A stretch of DNA of 64,000 nucleotides from Sporopachydermia quercuum. Taxonomy: Eukaryota. Position 1 is the stretch's first letter. Every line of letters begins with the position of its first letter. Under the pieces are notes generated by a model that was not told the DNA's origin, ran no database searches, and saw only the letters and a list, made by a program, of their open reading frames with translations. Below are positions 9,907 to 22,843 of the stretch, one piece after another. The stretch is from the NCBI GenBank assembly GCA_001599295.1, contig BCGN01000008.1, forward strand, positions 1 through 64,000. Direction: 5' to 3'. Both the position numbers and the translations under genes were made by a program.

Positions 9907-11332
9907 ATGGCGAAAAGAAGAGTAAGTTGATCCATGAGTAACTGGAGAGAAGAGGAGAGATTATGATAAAGCTTGCTGTGTGACTTGTGACAACGAACTA
10001 ACCAACGAAATATAGATAAAAAAAAGAACGCACATGCAACCTGATGAAGATGAGATGAGTAGAACTCCTAAATCTATGGTTATCAATTTAGCTAAATCAT
10101 CAAGGCATCATCAGTCAGCGTTGTCAGCATCTAGTAGTCTCAAGAATCCATCGCTTAATCAGTTGGTGAAAGATTTCAGACAAGTGATGCAACCTCATAC
10201 TGCTGCCAGACTTAAGGAAAGGAAAAAGAACAAAATGAAAGATTTCGTTGTAATGTGTGGACCATTGGGTGTTTCGCATTTGATTCTTTTTAACCAAAGT
10301 GCTCTTCATGATACTAATGATGTCGTTACTGGAGGCTATGTAAACATGAGGGTAGCAAAGTACCCAAGAGGCCCTACATTCACTTTCAGAGTGAAGAATT
10401 ATTCCTTGTGTAAAGATATCGCTAAATTTCTTAAAGCGCCAAAGTCTCTCAGTAGCAAAAGTGTCGAGTTTGCTAAACCACCCTTATTAGTTATGAACAA
10501 CTTTCAAGTGACAGGTGATGAGATTGATAAGCTAGATATTAAGATTGATAAACTTACAACTACTACTTTCCAAAACATGTTTCCCCCAATATCTGTTCAG
10601 AAAACGAACGTTGATTCAATTAAGCGAGTTTTGTTACTGAATAAGGATAGCAAAACAGGCATGATTGATTTGCGACATTACGCCATTGATACTAAAACTG
10701 TTGATGTGTCTAGACCAATAAAGCATATCATTAAGTCAAAAAGTAAACTAAATACCAAGCTACCTAATCTAAAATCCATGGAAGATATGTCAGACTTGTT
10801 CTTACAAAATTACACAGGTTATGCAACAAGTGATAGCGAAGTTGAAGTTGATGAAATTGTGCAACTGACGGAAAGAAAGACAAGGAAAAGGGTGAAAATC
10901 AAGAAGGAGGTTGAGACAGAAAATGTTTCTAATGAACGAGAGCAAGAGGCCAATACCAGAAAGAAAGCTATCAAACTAATAGAACTAGGACCTCGGATGA
11001 ATCTTGAACTTTTGAAAATTGAAGATGGAATCAGCGAGGGTAAAGTTTTGTATCATAAGTATGTTGAGAAGTCAAAAGTAGAAGAAGAGAAACTAGAAAA
11101 GATTCATAAAAAGAGAAAGGATGAGAAAATCAGAAGACGTAAAGATCAGGAAGCCAATGTTGAGAGAAAGAAGAAAACTAAGAAAACCAATACCGTTTCT
11201 TTCGAAGTTGAAAGTAATGTGTCTGGATCGGGTTCTGAAGAAGAAACAGTCAACCCAGAAGATGCTTACAACGATCAGTTATTCGACGAGGATTCTGAAG
11301 ACGGATCCCACCCTGACAATGATTCAGATTAA
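9907..11332 (+). CDS. SSF1: Brix-domain 60S biogenesis factor Ssf1/Ssf2 (PPAN); exons 9907-9921, 10016-11332
   Basis: Splicing intron 9922-10015 (GTAAGT..ACTAAC..TAG) gives MAKRRIKKRTH; motifs PKSMVI, DFRQVMQPHTA, MKDFVVMCGPLGVSHL, IELGPRM. Confidence 0.93.
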
Positions 11333-12482
11333 TCAATTAGGATAGTATTAATGCAATATCATGTAGCGTCAAATTCATACTTTTTATCTTTTAATATTCT
11401 CTCTCAATATTAGAAATTATTCTGTAGAGTCATATATCATTTCTATGTTCCTCTTAACTTCAATATAATATAGTATAGCTGTAATCACACTAAAATATAC
11501 TGCGATATGTGAATTGCAATCGCATTTGGTTGTTGGGATTTACGAGCATAGAATAAAGTTATGTTTTATACGAACAAGCTACAACGGTGAGAAAAGCCAA
11601 GAAATAAACAGGCAATAGAAGCTGATGAAGTGGTAATTTAAATATGAATAATATAAATAGCTGGATAAAACCCTTCTATTAATAATAATAATAATAATAT
11701 CTAGAAGAAGATTTGACGAACTATATAGAAAATGAAGAGAATAAGGAAAAATGGTACAGATATATAATTATTGATATTGTAAACAATAACATTGTTTTTT
11801 TTTATATATTATGTCATGGATTTTTTTTCTTATGTCATGGATACCAGCGTCCAAGCCACTGAAGGGACTTCTGAAGATAGAGGATTACAATAAAATAGCT
11901 TCTATATGATTCTCACGTGTTTAGAAGTAAATATACTTCGGGTTATCATTTCCGGTTTGAATATTTCCAAATCGAGTCTCGTGACCTTTCTATCATAATT
12001 TAGCTACTCAGTTGATATGGTGCATCAATCTCCTGTCTGATAACGGAACTACAGAAACTGCAAAAGTGTAATCAACCCAACCTCATTGTTTGTTATCAAA
12101 CTTATCATTGTGCTCACTTTATTAATAATCTATTACTGACTGAATTCACTTCACGACTCTCTTTATTAAATATTTTTATTTGATTATAAAGCCGGTGAAT
12201 GAGCTTCAACAAAATAGCTCTTCTGCGGAGTAATAGCAATAGATTTTTGTGTGAAGTTGAATCAAGGAATGAAGGATGTTTAAAACATGATCTATGTCCC
12301 TATGACCAATAAAGAGTATTAATTTTTTTTTCTTAGGAAAGGAGGGATTTGATTTTTTGCTTATCAGTTGGGCCGATTAAATATTTATCTATTTATTTCA
12401 ACCGATTACTTGATAAATCAAAAACAGCACTAAAAGACTGTTCAGAAAACTGTTGGGATCTGTATGCCATTATACTGACAGA

Positions 12483-13685
12483 ATGGCTAGTTCTCCTGCA
12501 TCTATCGCCTTATCTTCAAATAGTTCAGTATCAGAGCACAATATGTCAACAAATATGACTTCTAGCGTGAATACCATGAGGAGCAATAACGTACGACATA
12601 GCACATCAAACGAAAATGCGTCACAAAATAGCCCAAGTTTAGTGTCTTCGTTACCTTTACAGAGGCATTCTTCATCTACTCCCTTACAGGGGGTTCCAGT
12701 TTGGCAACCAGATGAAGAAGTATCAGGATGTCCTCTTTGTGGGTCACGGTTTAATTTTTTCAACAGAAGACATCATTGTCGGAAATGTGGTAGAGTTGTT
12801 TGTGGATCTTGTTCCGCAACTCCAGCAACTTATCTCCCATCTACTTATGTAGTATCACCTCCCAGTCAAATTTTTTTAGAATCTCCTCACGTACCTCATA
12901 GAACATGTGATGAATGTGTGGACGAACTGGAAATGATTCGGCATGCGTTACTTCAAGCTGATGTACCATCAAATTCAACTGCGAGATCTGGCAACAACGA
13001 ATTACATTCAACATCATCAACAATTATAAAAGCTGTTTCAAGCAAATCAAAGAAGTCTTCTCCTATTAATGATTTTTGCTTCTGTCCTATATGCGGTATT
13101 AGGATAGATTCTTTATCTGAAAGGGAGCAAGAAAATCATATCAATACTTGTCTAACTAATGCTGAATACTCTGGATCCCCTGATCAAAGAAGAAGTAATC
13201 GTATGATTGTCTATAAGATAACAGAACCAATTCACAACAAAAAGAAGTTAGACCCACCTATAACTCCAACTTCTTCGTCCAGGCGATCTTCCTTGTGTGG
13301 CCCATTACAGAACGAGTGTTCTGTTCTCAAGGATGATGTCAGTACTTCCTCCTTATCCTTATTAGCCCAGTCGCCAATGCCTGAGAAAGGTTTGATGAAG
13401 TCATTCTCTCCTTCAAAGCAAGTTATCAGAAATGTAAATGATAATGAAGATGACACGTTTCCAACCCCCAGTGATGTTTCTATGACTATCCCTAATGATT
13501 CAACTTGTTCGGATGATTCAGATTCTGATATTGAGAATGAATGTGTTATCTGTTTGGAGCCTTTTGAACCAGGTCAAACTGTTGGGAGATTAGAATGTTT
13601 ATGTGTTTATCATCTAAAATGCATAAAAGCGTGGTTCGAGAAAAGAGGCGATGGTGCGTGTCCTGTTCATGCTGTGCATGTTTGA
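12483..13685 (+). CDS. PIB1: FYVE + RING-H2 E3 ubiquitin ligase Pib1
   Basis: FYVE: WQPD..CPLC..RRHHCRKCGRVVC..C...RTCDEC. Central CPIC..HINTC (UBZ-like). C-terminal ECVICLE...GRLECLCVYHLKCIKAWF..CPVH. First ATG is at 12483 (the track starts at a TTG). Confidence 0.88.
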   Translation: MASSPASIALSSNSSVSEHNMSTNMTSSVNTMRSNNVRHSTSNENASQNSPSLVSSLPLQRHSSSTPLQGVPVWQPDEEVSGCPLCGSRFNFFNRRHHCRKCGRVVCGSCSATPATYLPSTYVVSPPSQIFLESPHVPHRTCDECVDELEMIRHALLQADVPSNSTARSGNNELHSTSSTIIKAVSSKSKKSSPINDFCFCPICGIRIDSLSEREQENHINTCLTNAEYSGSPDQRRSNRMIVYKITEPIHNKKKLDPPITPTSSSRRSSLCGPLQNECSVLKDDVSTSSLSLLAQSPMPEKGLMKSFSPSKQVIRNVNDNEDDTFPTPSDVSMTIPNDSTCSDDSDSDIENECVICLEPFEPGQTVGRLECLCVYHLKCIKAWFEKRGDGACPVHAVHV

Positions 13686-14017
13686 TATTGCAAGGTAAAT
13701 TTTATTCAAACTTAAGTTTCTCGGAATACCAAGTTGGAATTGATGGTGTTTTTTATATTACATTTTAATTCTCCTGGTTAAACTATTTTCTGTATTTATG
13801 AATGATGATTTTGCTCCCTGACGAATTGTTTCTTTTTTCTTCTTTCAAGGGTTTCTTTTTTGTTTCAATTTAAATTTTTTAAAGTTCTTTCTGGGTGATG
13901 TTTACTATTGGTAATTGTATAACACTTTAATACAAGGTTTACATATATTGAATGTTTAAGTACAAAGATTATCGTATCTTGTCACTTCAATACTGCAAAG
14001 TAATATACACTTTACAC

Positions 14018-15811
14018 TCACTTTTCTGTTTTCAAACTTCCTGCACTCAAACGAGCTAATTTTTCTTTGTCTTCATAATCGACTTTGCTCCCTTTTCTCC
14101 ACGCTTTCAGGCTAAATTGAACTCCAGAATCACTCTCGCTAAACATTTTATCCCATTTTTGAGCTTCACTTCGTATGAGTTCTCGTTCATACATTCTTTT
14201 CTTAGCATTTTTACGGCCGCAGCTGACAGCGGTTCCTTTTGGATGGAAAGACACTGAATGAATAGCAAAACTAATACCATCATGGTGTTGCCAACTACGA
14301 GAATTGATACCATGCCGAAAGCCCCCTTTATAATTGGCTAACTTCGGTAAAAGTTGTAAAGTGACAAATGCGTCGCCAGTTCGCTTATAGTCGTTTTTTT
14401 TGCCTTTGATGGGATCATCAAGTAGATGACCCGTATGATAGAGAACAGCAACTATGTCCGAATCGTCGGAATAAATATCAGTTCCCCATAATTCTCTTCT
14501 GATAACATGGCCATTGCTTTTATTAAGAAAGTCACGAGGAATTTTAACTTGAATCAAACAATTCACCTTGTCATCTAGCCTAGGCAAAAAGCAAAGTCTC
14601 TGCGGTTGATTATCAGGGTCAAGTATCGATTGGATTTTATCATTATATACAGGTTGATATAATGGGGCGTCTTCATCTATTAATGTCTTCACTGATGGTG
14701 TATAGACAAGAGTACCTAAATGATGTCTTGGAAATTTCTTTGCAAATTCAAAAACATCACTTGACTTGACATATATTTTCCTTTTCTTAACAGCTGGGGT
14801 ATCATTGTTAAATTTTGATTGATTGTTATTAGGATTTCTATGATGATGATGATGGTGATGATGATGATGGTGGTGGTGAGGATGAACCACTATATGATGG
14901 TGATGGTTGATCCTACTATTCGTTAAAGTATCTATTGAAGCCGCCTTTGTATTAATAGATGGGGAGTTGGGTTCTGGCTCTATATTTTGATTTGCGGAGC
15001 TAGACGTAGCAGTAGAATTGGATGCTGATGATGATCCAGCAGTTTGTTCTGGCAAAGAATTTTCTTTCACAATTTCGGGTTTACTATGTTGGGCTTCAGA
15101 TATTTGAGACTGCAAATTTTTTGTAGTGTCTTGAGATTCTAACTGTTTGATACTAGGTAGCACAGAAGAACCTGAACCCTGAGATGTAAATTGGGAAATA
15201 GGCTGCAAGTTTTTTAATGATCCAGCAGATACGGCTTGCGGTGAACCAATTATTGGTAATATTGTTGAAGAAGAAGTGTTGTCACCTTGCTGGTCAGTCA
15301 AAGGGTACGAAATGGGTGGTATCATGGATCTTTCATTTAAGCCATTCTGAGTCTGTTGATGCAGCGATGGAGTAATTGAAACGGATGAAACAGGTTGTGA
15401 TAAGCCAAATGAGGAAATTGATGGCAAGGAAGATATTTTGGTTTCGCTGTTTTGCAAAATTTGTGGACTTTTCTGATCAATTGATCCTTTGGCTACCGAC
15501 AAGTGAGGAGTATGCAACTGTCCTGAACCTTTGCTAGAAGCTCCAGCAATTGGTGAAGGTAGAGAGTTCGACGATGAGCTTGATAAAGATCTCAACTGTG
15601 GCGGTCCTGTTGAAGGTCTCAACAGTCCTGAAATGGGCATAGCTGACATATTTAAAGGTCCACTTGTTGATGGGATTGGTGGAGGGGGCAATTGACCATT
15701 GTGCATATCAGTTATGGAGTAAATTGGTGGTAGGCGAATTTGGTTGTGTTCATTTCCATTTCTTTTGAGATCTGGCAAGTCACCTAACTGTTCATTGGTA
15801 TTACCAGACAT
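14018..15811 (-). CDS. RXT3: Rpd3L histone deacetylase complex subunit Rxt3 with a long low-complexity N-terminus and poly-His tract
   Basis: Rxt3 signature RRELWGTDIYSDDSDIVAVLYHTG...LLPKLANYKGGFRHGINSRSW..HDGISF. Confidence 0.85.
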   Translation of the reverse strand: MSGNTNEQLGDLPDLKRNGNEHNQIRLPPIYSITDMHNGQLPPPPIPSTSGPLNMSAMPISGLLRPSTGPPQLRSLSSSSSNSLPSPIAGASSKGSGQLHTPHLSVAKGSIDQKSPQILQNSETKISSLPSISSFGLSQPVSSVSITPSLHQQTQNGLNERSMIPPISYPLTDQQGDNTSSSTILPIIGSPQAVSAGSLKNLQPISQFTSQGSGSSVLPSIKQLESQDTTKNLQSQISEAQHSKPEIVKENSLPEQTAGSSSASNSTATSSSANQNIEPEPNSPSINTKAASIDTLTNSRINHHHHIVVHPHHHHHHHHHHHHHRNPNNNQSKFNNDTPAVKKRKIYVKSSDVFEFAKKFPRHHLGTLVYTPSVKTLIDEDAPLYQPVYNDKIQSILDPDNQPQRLCFLPRLDDKVNCLIQVKIPRDFLNKSNGHVIRRELWGTDIYSDDSDIVAVLYHTGHLLDDPIKGKKNDYKRTGDAFVTLQLLPKLANYKGGFRHGINSRSWQHHDGISFAIHSVSFHPKGTAVSCGRKNAKKRMYERELIRSEAQKWDKMFSESDSGVQFSLKAWRKGSKVDYEDKEKLARLSAGSLKTEK

Positions 15812-16891
15812 TTTCCCTTACTCAACACAACAAGACCTGAAAAAAAAATAACAAATTTCTAGACAAAACTGCTGTATATATTGTTATTGGTGTATCACTG
15901 TATGGAGACTGCCTCAAAACAAAGCAAATTAGGGAGATTGGCCGGCTGATAATAGATGTACCTTGAAAGTGAAGAATTTGATACAAGCTTGTTCTTTCAC
16001 TTTATTAGTATTCCGTCTTTCTGTTTCTTTAATACACTTTATTAATCATAACTTTTTGATATGTCTCATCAAAAACAACTAAAAATACATGAACTCAAGA
16101 ATGACTTAACCAGTTCGCCAGCAATAATAGCAGGTCAATAGCAACGTATTGAGTCAATCAATCCAAAATCAAATATTGAAAAGCAAAATCTCTATTTCAG
16201 TACTCACTAAAGACTAAAACTGTCTCTCGAATCAAATGATGATGAATTATCTAACTGACTTGAAACAGTAATTCATCTAGTATTGAATATGTTGAGTGAA
16301 GCACTTTTGAGTGGATATGAACGTGAAAGGCAAAACAGATTGAAGTTGTGCTTCTTTAGGTGTTAAACCTTAATTGAATTAGATGAGTTTAGTCATGTGA
16401 TTTATGTTGCCTAAACTGAAACCTCAAAGCGGTGGCTTTTGAATATAGATATTGTGACTAGTATTCATGTCTGATACCAGTTATCTAGCAAAATGAATAT
16501 AGCATTGTTCAGATCTTTCAACAAAATACAGTTTACTCTCAATAGCACTTTTGCAATCCTTGAATGGAACATACCTGAGTTGGTTTTTGTTTTACTTATT
16601 CATGTTCGCATGAACAGAATTAAGCCCTTTCATCCTATGCTGCGGTTTGTCCAAACTGTTTGTATCCGTTGAGATCGTAAACTGACCGGACATTTTAAGG
16701 AGCTATTTCTTTCTGGACAGCATTATCTCAAGCTAGTGTTAAGCAATAGAAAATGTACTGCAGTATGTCTTATCAGATATCAATAGCGATGAAGCATGAG
16801 AGCACTACTAAAAAGTCAATGAGATAAAGGATCAAGATATGTGACATTTTGTTTAATACGGGAAATTTAAGCTGTGAGACTTTCTATGAAA

Positions 16892-18293
16892 ATGACATCA
16901 ACAGACATCAACTCAATCATCAAGCTCAACTTAGTTGATATCATTGAAGCAAAGTCGTTTCAGCCTTTATCAATTGTAAGTCTACTAATCTTCTGTCACA
17001 GCAAGAAAACAGTTGAGATAATTGGTGTGCAATAAGGAAGTACTAACGAACAACTTCACGATAAAGCCAAATGTCGTTGCCAGTGTTTCAAACCCAAGTG
17101 TTGACTCTTTAATTGACTGTTTAGATGAAATAAAATGTTCTAAGGAAAGCGCCGATCAACTATTTTCAGTAGCATTGATATCTCGGTCGGAAATTCTATC
17201 CTCTAACTTTACGAACCTTTATAGAATATTTGTGCTATGGGAAACAAGATTATTAAGTTTAATACTTCTGAATCAAACATTGAAAGAAGTTGAAGGTAGT
17301 GCTGATTCAGATGCAATCAATGTTGCACGAACGGAATCCAGAAGGTTGTTGACAATTTTTAAAAAACTACACAAAGTGATAGAATCATATAGGCATTCAG
17401 AGTCAAGGAAGAATGAAGATCAACAGAAGTCAGGCGTGGAAGCAGCCATGACGAAAAGGACAGCGACTCGACTTCGAGGCAATTCGCTTTTGACTCCATT
17501 ATTTCAAAATCTAGGCACAGGAGCGCCATCACAACAGTTGCCATACTTTTATGGCTGTGTTTATCCGAACTTCGTTCCTTGGACATTACAACTTCTTCTC
17601 ACCAAGCTAGAACATTCGTTCATCGTTTCACGTCAAAGTACATCAACACCGATGGAGAATGATTTGGCAATGGTGTCAGACTTATATGCCTTATTGTATC
17701 AAGCCCGGTTTTATCATGCTTACTTCTCTAGTGTTTCTCATGAAAGCAATTCGCTGAAGCAAGTATGGGGCTTACGAATGACTCAACTTGCATTTATTAT
17801 AGGCAACTCACTTTTGAGCACAAATGCTGCAGATACTATTGCTACCCATTGGGGAACGATCCATGAAGTATTAAGGAACGGTTTGGAGTTAGACGTTTCG
17901 GTCGATAATCTTGATAATGTCATTGAATGTTTAAGTTTAATCAACAGCTATACAAGTAATGAAAGCGAAAAAAATGTTGAAGTACCTTGGGACATCTTTC
18001 GACTAGTATTGACAGGATTAGTTAAGTCGCCCGACAGCTACAGGAATAAAACCTTGTATGAGATAATTCAATTAGTGTCACAGGAGAAGGGTATTGAAAT
18101 TGGTAAAACCGCGAGTCGATTGTCAAGTTACATCTGTTCAGTCATGGAAGTACAGATCGAACAGGCTGTACATAAACTGATAGTTCAAATAGATGCGGAT
18201 TGGGGAGATGAGGAAATCAAGAAAGACAAAGCTCTTTATTCAAGTTTATTTCAACTTCTGACTCGAAATATGAAAGTATATAGTTCTCTATAA
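16892..18293 (+). CDS. Probable TRAPPC12 (TTC15)-like protein; exons 16892-16975, 17067-18293
   Basis: Intron 16976-17066 (GTAAGT..TACTAAC..AAG) joins in frame. IFVLWETRLLSLILL, FVPWTLQLLLTKL and LYALLYQAR resemble TRAPPC12 LQLWFVRLALLVKL / MVPFSMRILHAEL. An in-frame ATG also lies at 16886. Confidence 0.5.
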
Positions 18294-18933
18294 CTCCAAC
18301 ACTGCATGAAACTATTCTCATGACAGCATAGATAGCATAATTTAATATTTATTGACATAATGCTACCTCCCTCTTTGTTCCAGTCTCTAGTTCCTATCAA
18401 AATATATGTAAATCTACAAATAATGATTACTCCTGAAAAATAAAAATACACTCCCAGAACAATTTGTTTTTTGCTCCCTCGTTCTAATAAAGATCGATGA
18501 CATTATTTTCATGGGTCTTTCTTTGTACTGTTATCATGCTTANTATCTCTCGTAATAACATAACAGGTCAGATAAGCAAAATATCACTATGTCGGGACAT
18601 TCTTGGTACAAACCTAATATATCATGTGCTTTTATTGAGGGTTTGGGCTTTGTATTTTTCATCATGATTACATATTTTTTCCTGTGAAAATTCGATTTCG
18701 GTTTTGGTGTGAAATCTCTATTTGGGATGTGTCCCAAGTTGTGTATGGCAGCGCCAAACCAAGCACGCAAACCATAGTACGCATGGTCGAATGCTCGCTT
18801 TCTAACTGTACTCATTATTTCACCTATATCACCTGAATATTACTTGTTAACCAACAGTCGATACTCATTCAATAAATATTATGATTGTTCAGTGGTTGAT
18901 CAACAACGACTAAAGACTATAATATCATTTAAA

Positions 18934-19643
18934 ATGGCTGGAAATAAATCAAGAAGTGCCCTTTCCGACGTTGTCGCCCGTGAATACACCATCAACCTCC
19001 ACAAGAGAGTATGTTAATTTTATTTGATGCTATTTGAAGGACTTGATACCGACCGCACTTGGAACAAATGTGATAAGGGAAAATATTTCAATAGCATTGT
19101 GTTTGTCGACAAGATAAGCTATGTTTGTATGATGTGATATTTATGATAGTGTAGATAATTCAGTTTACTAGAGTCATCTTCCGTATCAGCTTCTACAACA
19201 TAGGCTGCAACGACAGTCATTTTAAATAGGGGGGAGTGTTCTCATCGGGAGAAAGATGGTCATTTGTACTGCGCTTATCGACTGTATCAAGCTTCAAGTG
19301 CTGCAAAATTGGTTGTCGTTGATACTGGTTACTAACATATGTTTAGCTTCATGGTGTTCAATTCAAGAAGAGAGCTCCCAGAGCTGTCAAAGCCATCAAG
19401 GCTTTTGCCAAATTACACATGGGTACTAGTGATGTCCGTATTGATCCTGCTTTGAACAAGGAATTGTGGAAGAGAGGTATCCAAGGTGTTCCATACAGAC
19501 TAAGAATCAAGATTTCCAGAAAGCGAAATGAAGAAGAAGAAGCCAAGGAAAAGCTTTTCTCTGTTGTTGAATACGTTAATGTTCCTTCCGTCAAGGGTCT
19601 CCAAACCGTCGTCGTTGAAGATGAAGAAGCTGATGACGAATAA
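18934..19643 (+). CDS. RPL31: 60S ribosomal protein L31 (eL31); exons 18934-19008, 19347-19643
   Basis: DVVAREYTINLHKR|LHGVQFKKRAPRA...; intron GTATGT..TACTAAC..TAG. Confidence 0.97.
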
Positions 19644-20841
19644 ATGTGTTAGTTATAAATGCATCAAAATAGTCATCGACGTCATGGGCAGTTATAATGA
19701 TAAAATATTAAAAAATTAATCATCTGTTATAATGTATAAATGCTGAATTTGTATTTCTGACTTCCATTCCCATTTAAATCAACCCGCATGATCCTCCTTG
19801 TTTTCTCCATTTTCAAATCTACAAAGTATCATTAACAGTTTCATACTTTCAACAGTAGCTATTATCATCTTATACTTTGATGATAATCAATCATCTAACG
19901 TAGAAATATTATCAAGATCACTGTAGTTGACGCTTACGCATATCTAACAATTATATGAAAAGATTTCGGATTCTATTACCTGCTACAACTTGCTACGACT
20001 TGACTTGATACTATCTATGTACAACTATCACGGAACAAAAAAATTATCTAAAGCTCGTTAGTAATTGTGGCTAGCAACCAACAGTACTTCACAGTATATG
20101 CATCTCAAATGAATATATTCAGTGTAACTATGACAAAAAAGAATGGTTCATCGTAAATAATTATAAGCCAAGACGGCAATTGATTTACTCCAATAGTAAA
20201 CAAAAAGTTATCATCATTTCAATACATTCGAGATTCTTATGTTGTTCTTATCAAACTTATGACACAAAAAACTTACCAGAGGTAAATCGAGTAGTCTCGA
20301 AATAAATTCATTGGAGTGGAAAAGGAATATTCATACAAATCTAATAAAATGTCTGTTTCAGAACGCTGATACTTTGAGAAAGGTGCTTCGTAACCCTGTG
20401 TTTAAATCATAGAGAAAGAAGAAGAAAAAAATTGCACTCTATATGTAGTGTAAGTCTTCAAACACACAACGAAAGTATTTTATCACCTGGGTGAACACAC
20501 AGTTGATTCCAATTTTATATTACGTGATCAAAACTTAGTATGTTGAAAAGGGTATGAGATCTACAGATGGAATAGCGAAATTGAGATAATTAAGTTAGGC
20601 TGTTTTTATTAAAATATAAATAGTGTATTAAATATTGTATTGATAGATTTAATTTCTTTGATTGGGTAGTTTTCACTTCAAGTCGAGACATTCAAAATTG
20701 CCCGAAACATGCTTTCCAGAAACTTACACACATGCATTGTAAGATGTACTAATAAATTGAACATCCCTTGAGTTGGTTAGTACCTATGCTTATTCGCCTT
20801 CATAAAACTGGAATCTCCAACATATTGTCGGTTGGTTTGGA

Positions 20842-21876
20842 TTATATTCTAGAGATCATTTCTCTTTGTTGTTTGTAAGGAACTTCTATGCTACTAGCGA
20901 AGCCATCATCTCCGCTGCGTTTGAGTAAAAATGTAGAGTCAAAATAATCTATCAATTCGACCAAAGTGTTACATTCATTCATAGCATTACGTTCAGCTTT
21001 CGTAACGACACCATACAGCATTTCTGAAAAATGATGTTGAATCAATCTGAAGGGTAATCCATATGCAGTAGCACAATCCCAAAATAGTTCCACCGCTGAC
21101 CAGGGTGTTTTAGAATGGCCAGCAAACATTGCAGGATTAGCTAGAATGCCTCTTACTGCCATAACTCCATTTACACCTGTAACTTCTTTAATATAGTTTA
21201 CATCTTTCAGTGAAAAAGCGTCCCCATTTGCTACTACGACACAATTTAGTGCCTCGCGAACCAATCGTATGGCCTCATAGTTCGGCGGGGTGGTCGACCG
21301 TTGAGCTTGAAGCCTGCCATGAACTGTTATATAATCAACACCAGCTTCTTCAACTTTCTTCGCATAAGCTATGGTTTCATTTATATCTGAATGGATACGA
21401 ATTTTCACCTCAACACAGAATTCAGGTCCAAATTTTTCTTTTACACTTCGTACCATTTCTGCTACCAAATCAGGCTTACTCATAAGTGCTGCCCCGATTC
21501 CCTCACGAACTTGTTCTTTAATTGGGCATCCACAGTTAATTCCAATACCGTCGCAATGAGGATGAATCATTTCAACCATTCTCAGTAGATCTACAACGTT
21601 GTTAGCTCCCACTTGAACAACAAGAGGTGTATCTTGAGCATTAGTGGTGAAATCAGAATCGCGAGCAACCGAATTACGAACAAATTCTCTGGCCAGTATC
21701 ATAGGAGAATAAACTATGTCGACATTATAATTCCTAACTAATGCTCTGAAGGGTAGTTTAGAATAACGGACCATGGGGCCAGCTATATATGCTGGGCGTC
21801 CCTCAGCATTAGCTCTTGCGATCACCTTCAGCGGGTGATTCTCGGGGTTTCTTGATTCGATATGACGAGTAGACAT
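20842..21876 (-). CDS. DUS4: tRNA-dihydrouridine(20a/20b) synthase Dus4
   Basis: IAGPMVRYSKLPFR..YNVDIVYSPMILARE, GINCGCPIKEQVREGIG; first ATG at 21876. Confidence 0.92.
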   Translation of the reverse strand: MSTRHIESRNPENHPLKVIARANAEGRPAYIAGPMVRYSKLPFRALVRNYNVDIVYSPMILAREFVRNSVARDSDFTTNAQDTPLVVQVGANNVVDLLRMVEMIHPHCDGIGINCGCPIKEQVREGIGAALMSKPDLVAEMVRSVKEKFGPEFCVEVKIRIHSDINETIAYAKKVEEAGVDYITVHGRLQAQRSTTPPNYEAIRLVREALNCVVVANGDAFSLKDVNYIKEVTGVNGVMAVRGILANPAMFAGHSKTPWSAVELFWDCATAYGLPFRLIQHHFSEMLYGVVTKAERNAMNECNTLVELIDYFDSTFLLKRSGDDGFASSIEVPYKQQREMISRI

Positions 21877-22843
21877 TCTAGTATTATTCAACAACTTCCA
21901 GTCTAGTACGGATTCGTCAAACTCGGCTATAATTTATTAATCAAATCAAACTGCTTTAAAAAGTTGTTCTTTACTTTGGACTAAACAATCCCGGTCAGCA
22001 AGTGTCTGATAATTCTCTTGAGGTACTATTATCAAAAAATCTCTAATATAAAACTTCTTTCTTTACTAATGAGTGTTGTGTATTTCAGAAAAATCTTCTC
22101 AGGTTCCAGCAATAGTTAACCAGTCAACAAAATGAGAGTAGGGGGCTAGTGATCAGACACTATAGATATACAATCACAAGGTTCACAAGAAGTAAACAAC
22201 AATCAACTACCACCTTCGGTCAAGTAACGACACTTTCACCTTATCTGAACCAATCGCCATGAATTTTAGCACCATAATGAAATCTAAGGTGCCACTTTTA
22301 CTCTTATCAGAAAGCTAAACAACTGTTGCCTGATTAAACATATCAAGCTCCCTACAATCAGAATGCTTATCAGTTTTCGACTTTCTTTTGCTTGGTCGGA
22401 AAACTTTTGGAGTGTCTTAATAAGGTAAGAAATATAGCCGCCAAAGCTTAATTTCATTCGGTTTCAACAAACATCACGTGCTCTTCATATGACTTCTAAT
22501 AAAAGAATCAGTCGCATATGTTTTCCTAGTTAGGAATTTCAGACCTATTATTGGACATTATTTTGCACATTGTGAAAGCACTGTAGATGAAAATTTTTTG
22601 TCTGGTGTGTTGAAATGCCCAACCTTTCTTCTTAGTGCTTTTCTTTCACTTGCTTCTCAGTCCTCCTTCCTATAAAATGAGATTTTATATTTTGTTTGTT
22701 GTACTCAGAAGTTTTCTTTCTTCTAATTTTTGTATTCTCAATTCGATAATCCCGTTATAGTATACATATTTTGGAAAGATAGATGTAGGTTTGTTGTGCA
22801 TTTAAAGATGGTAAGAGGTGAATCATATTGTCAATGGATAATG

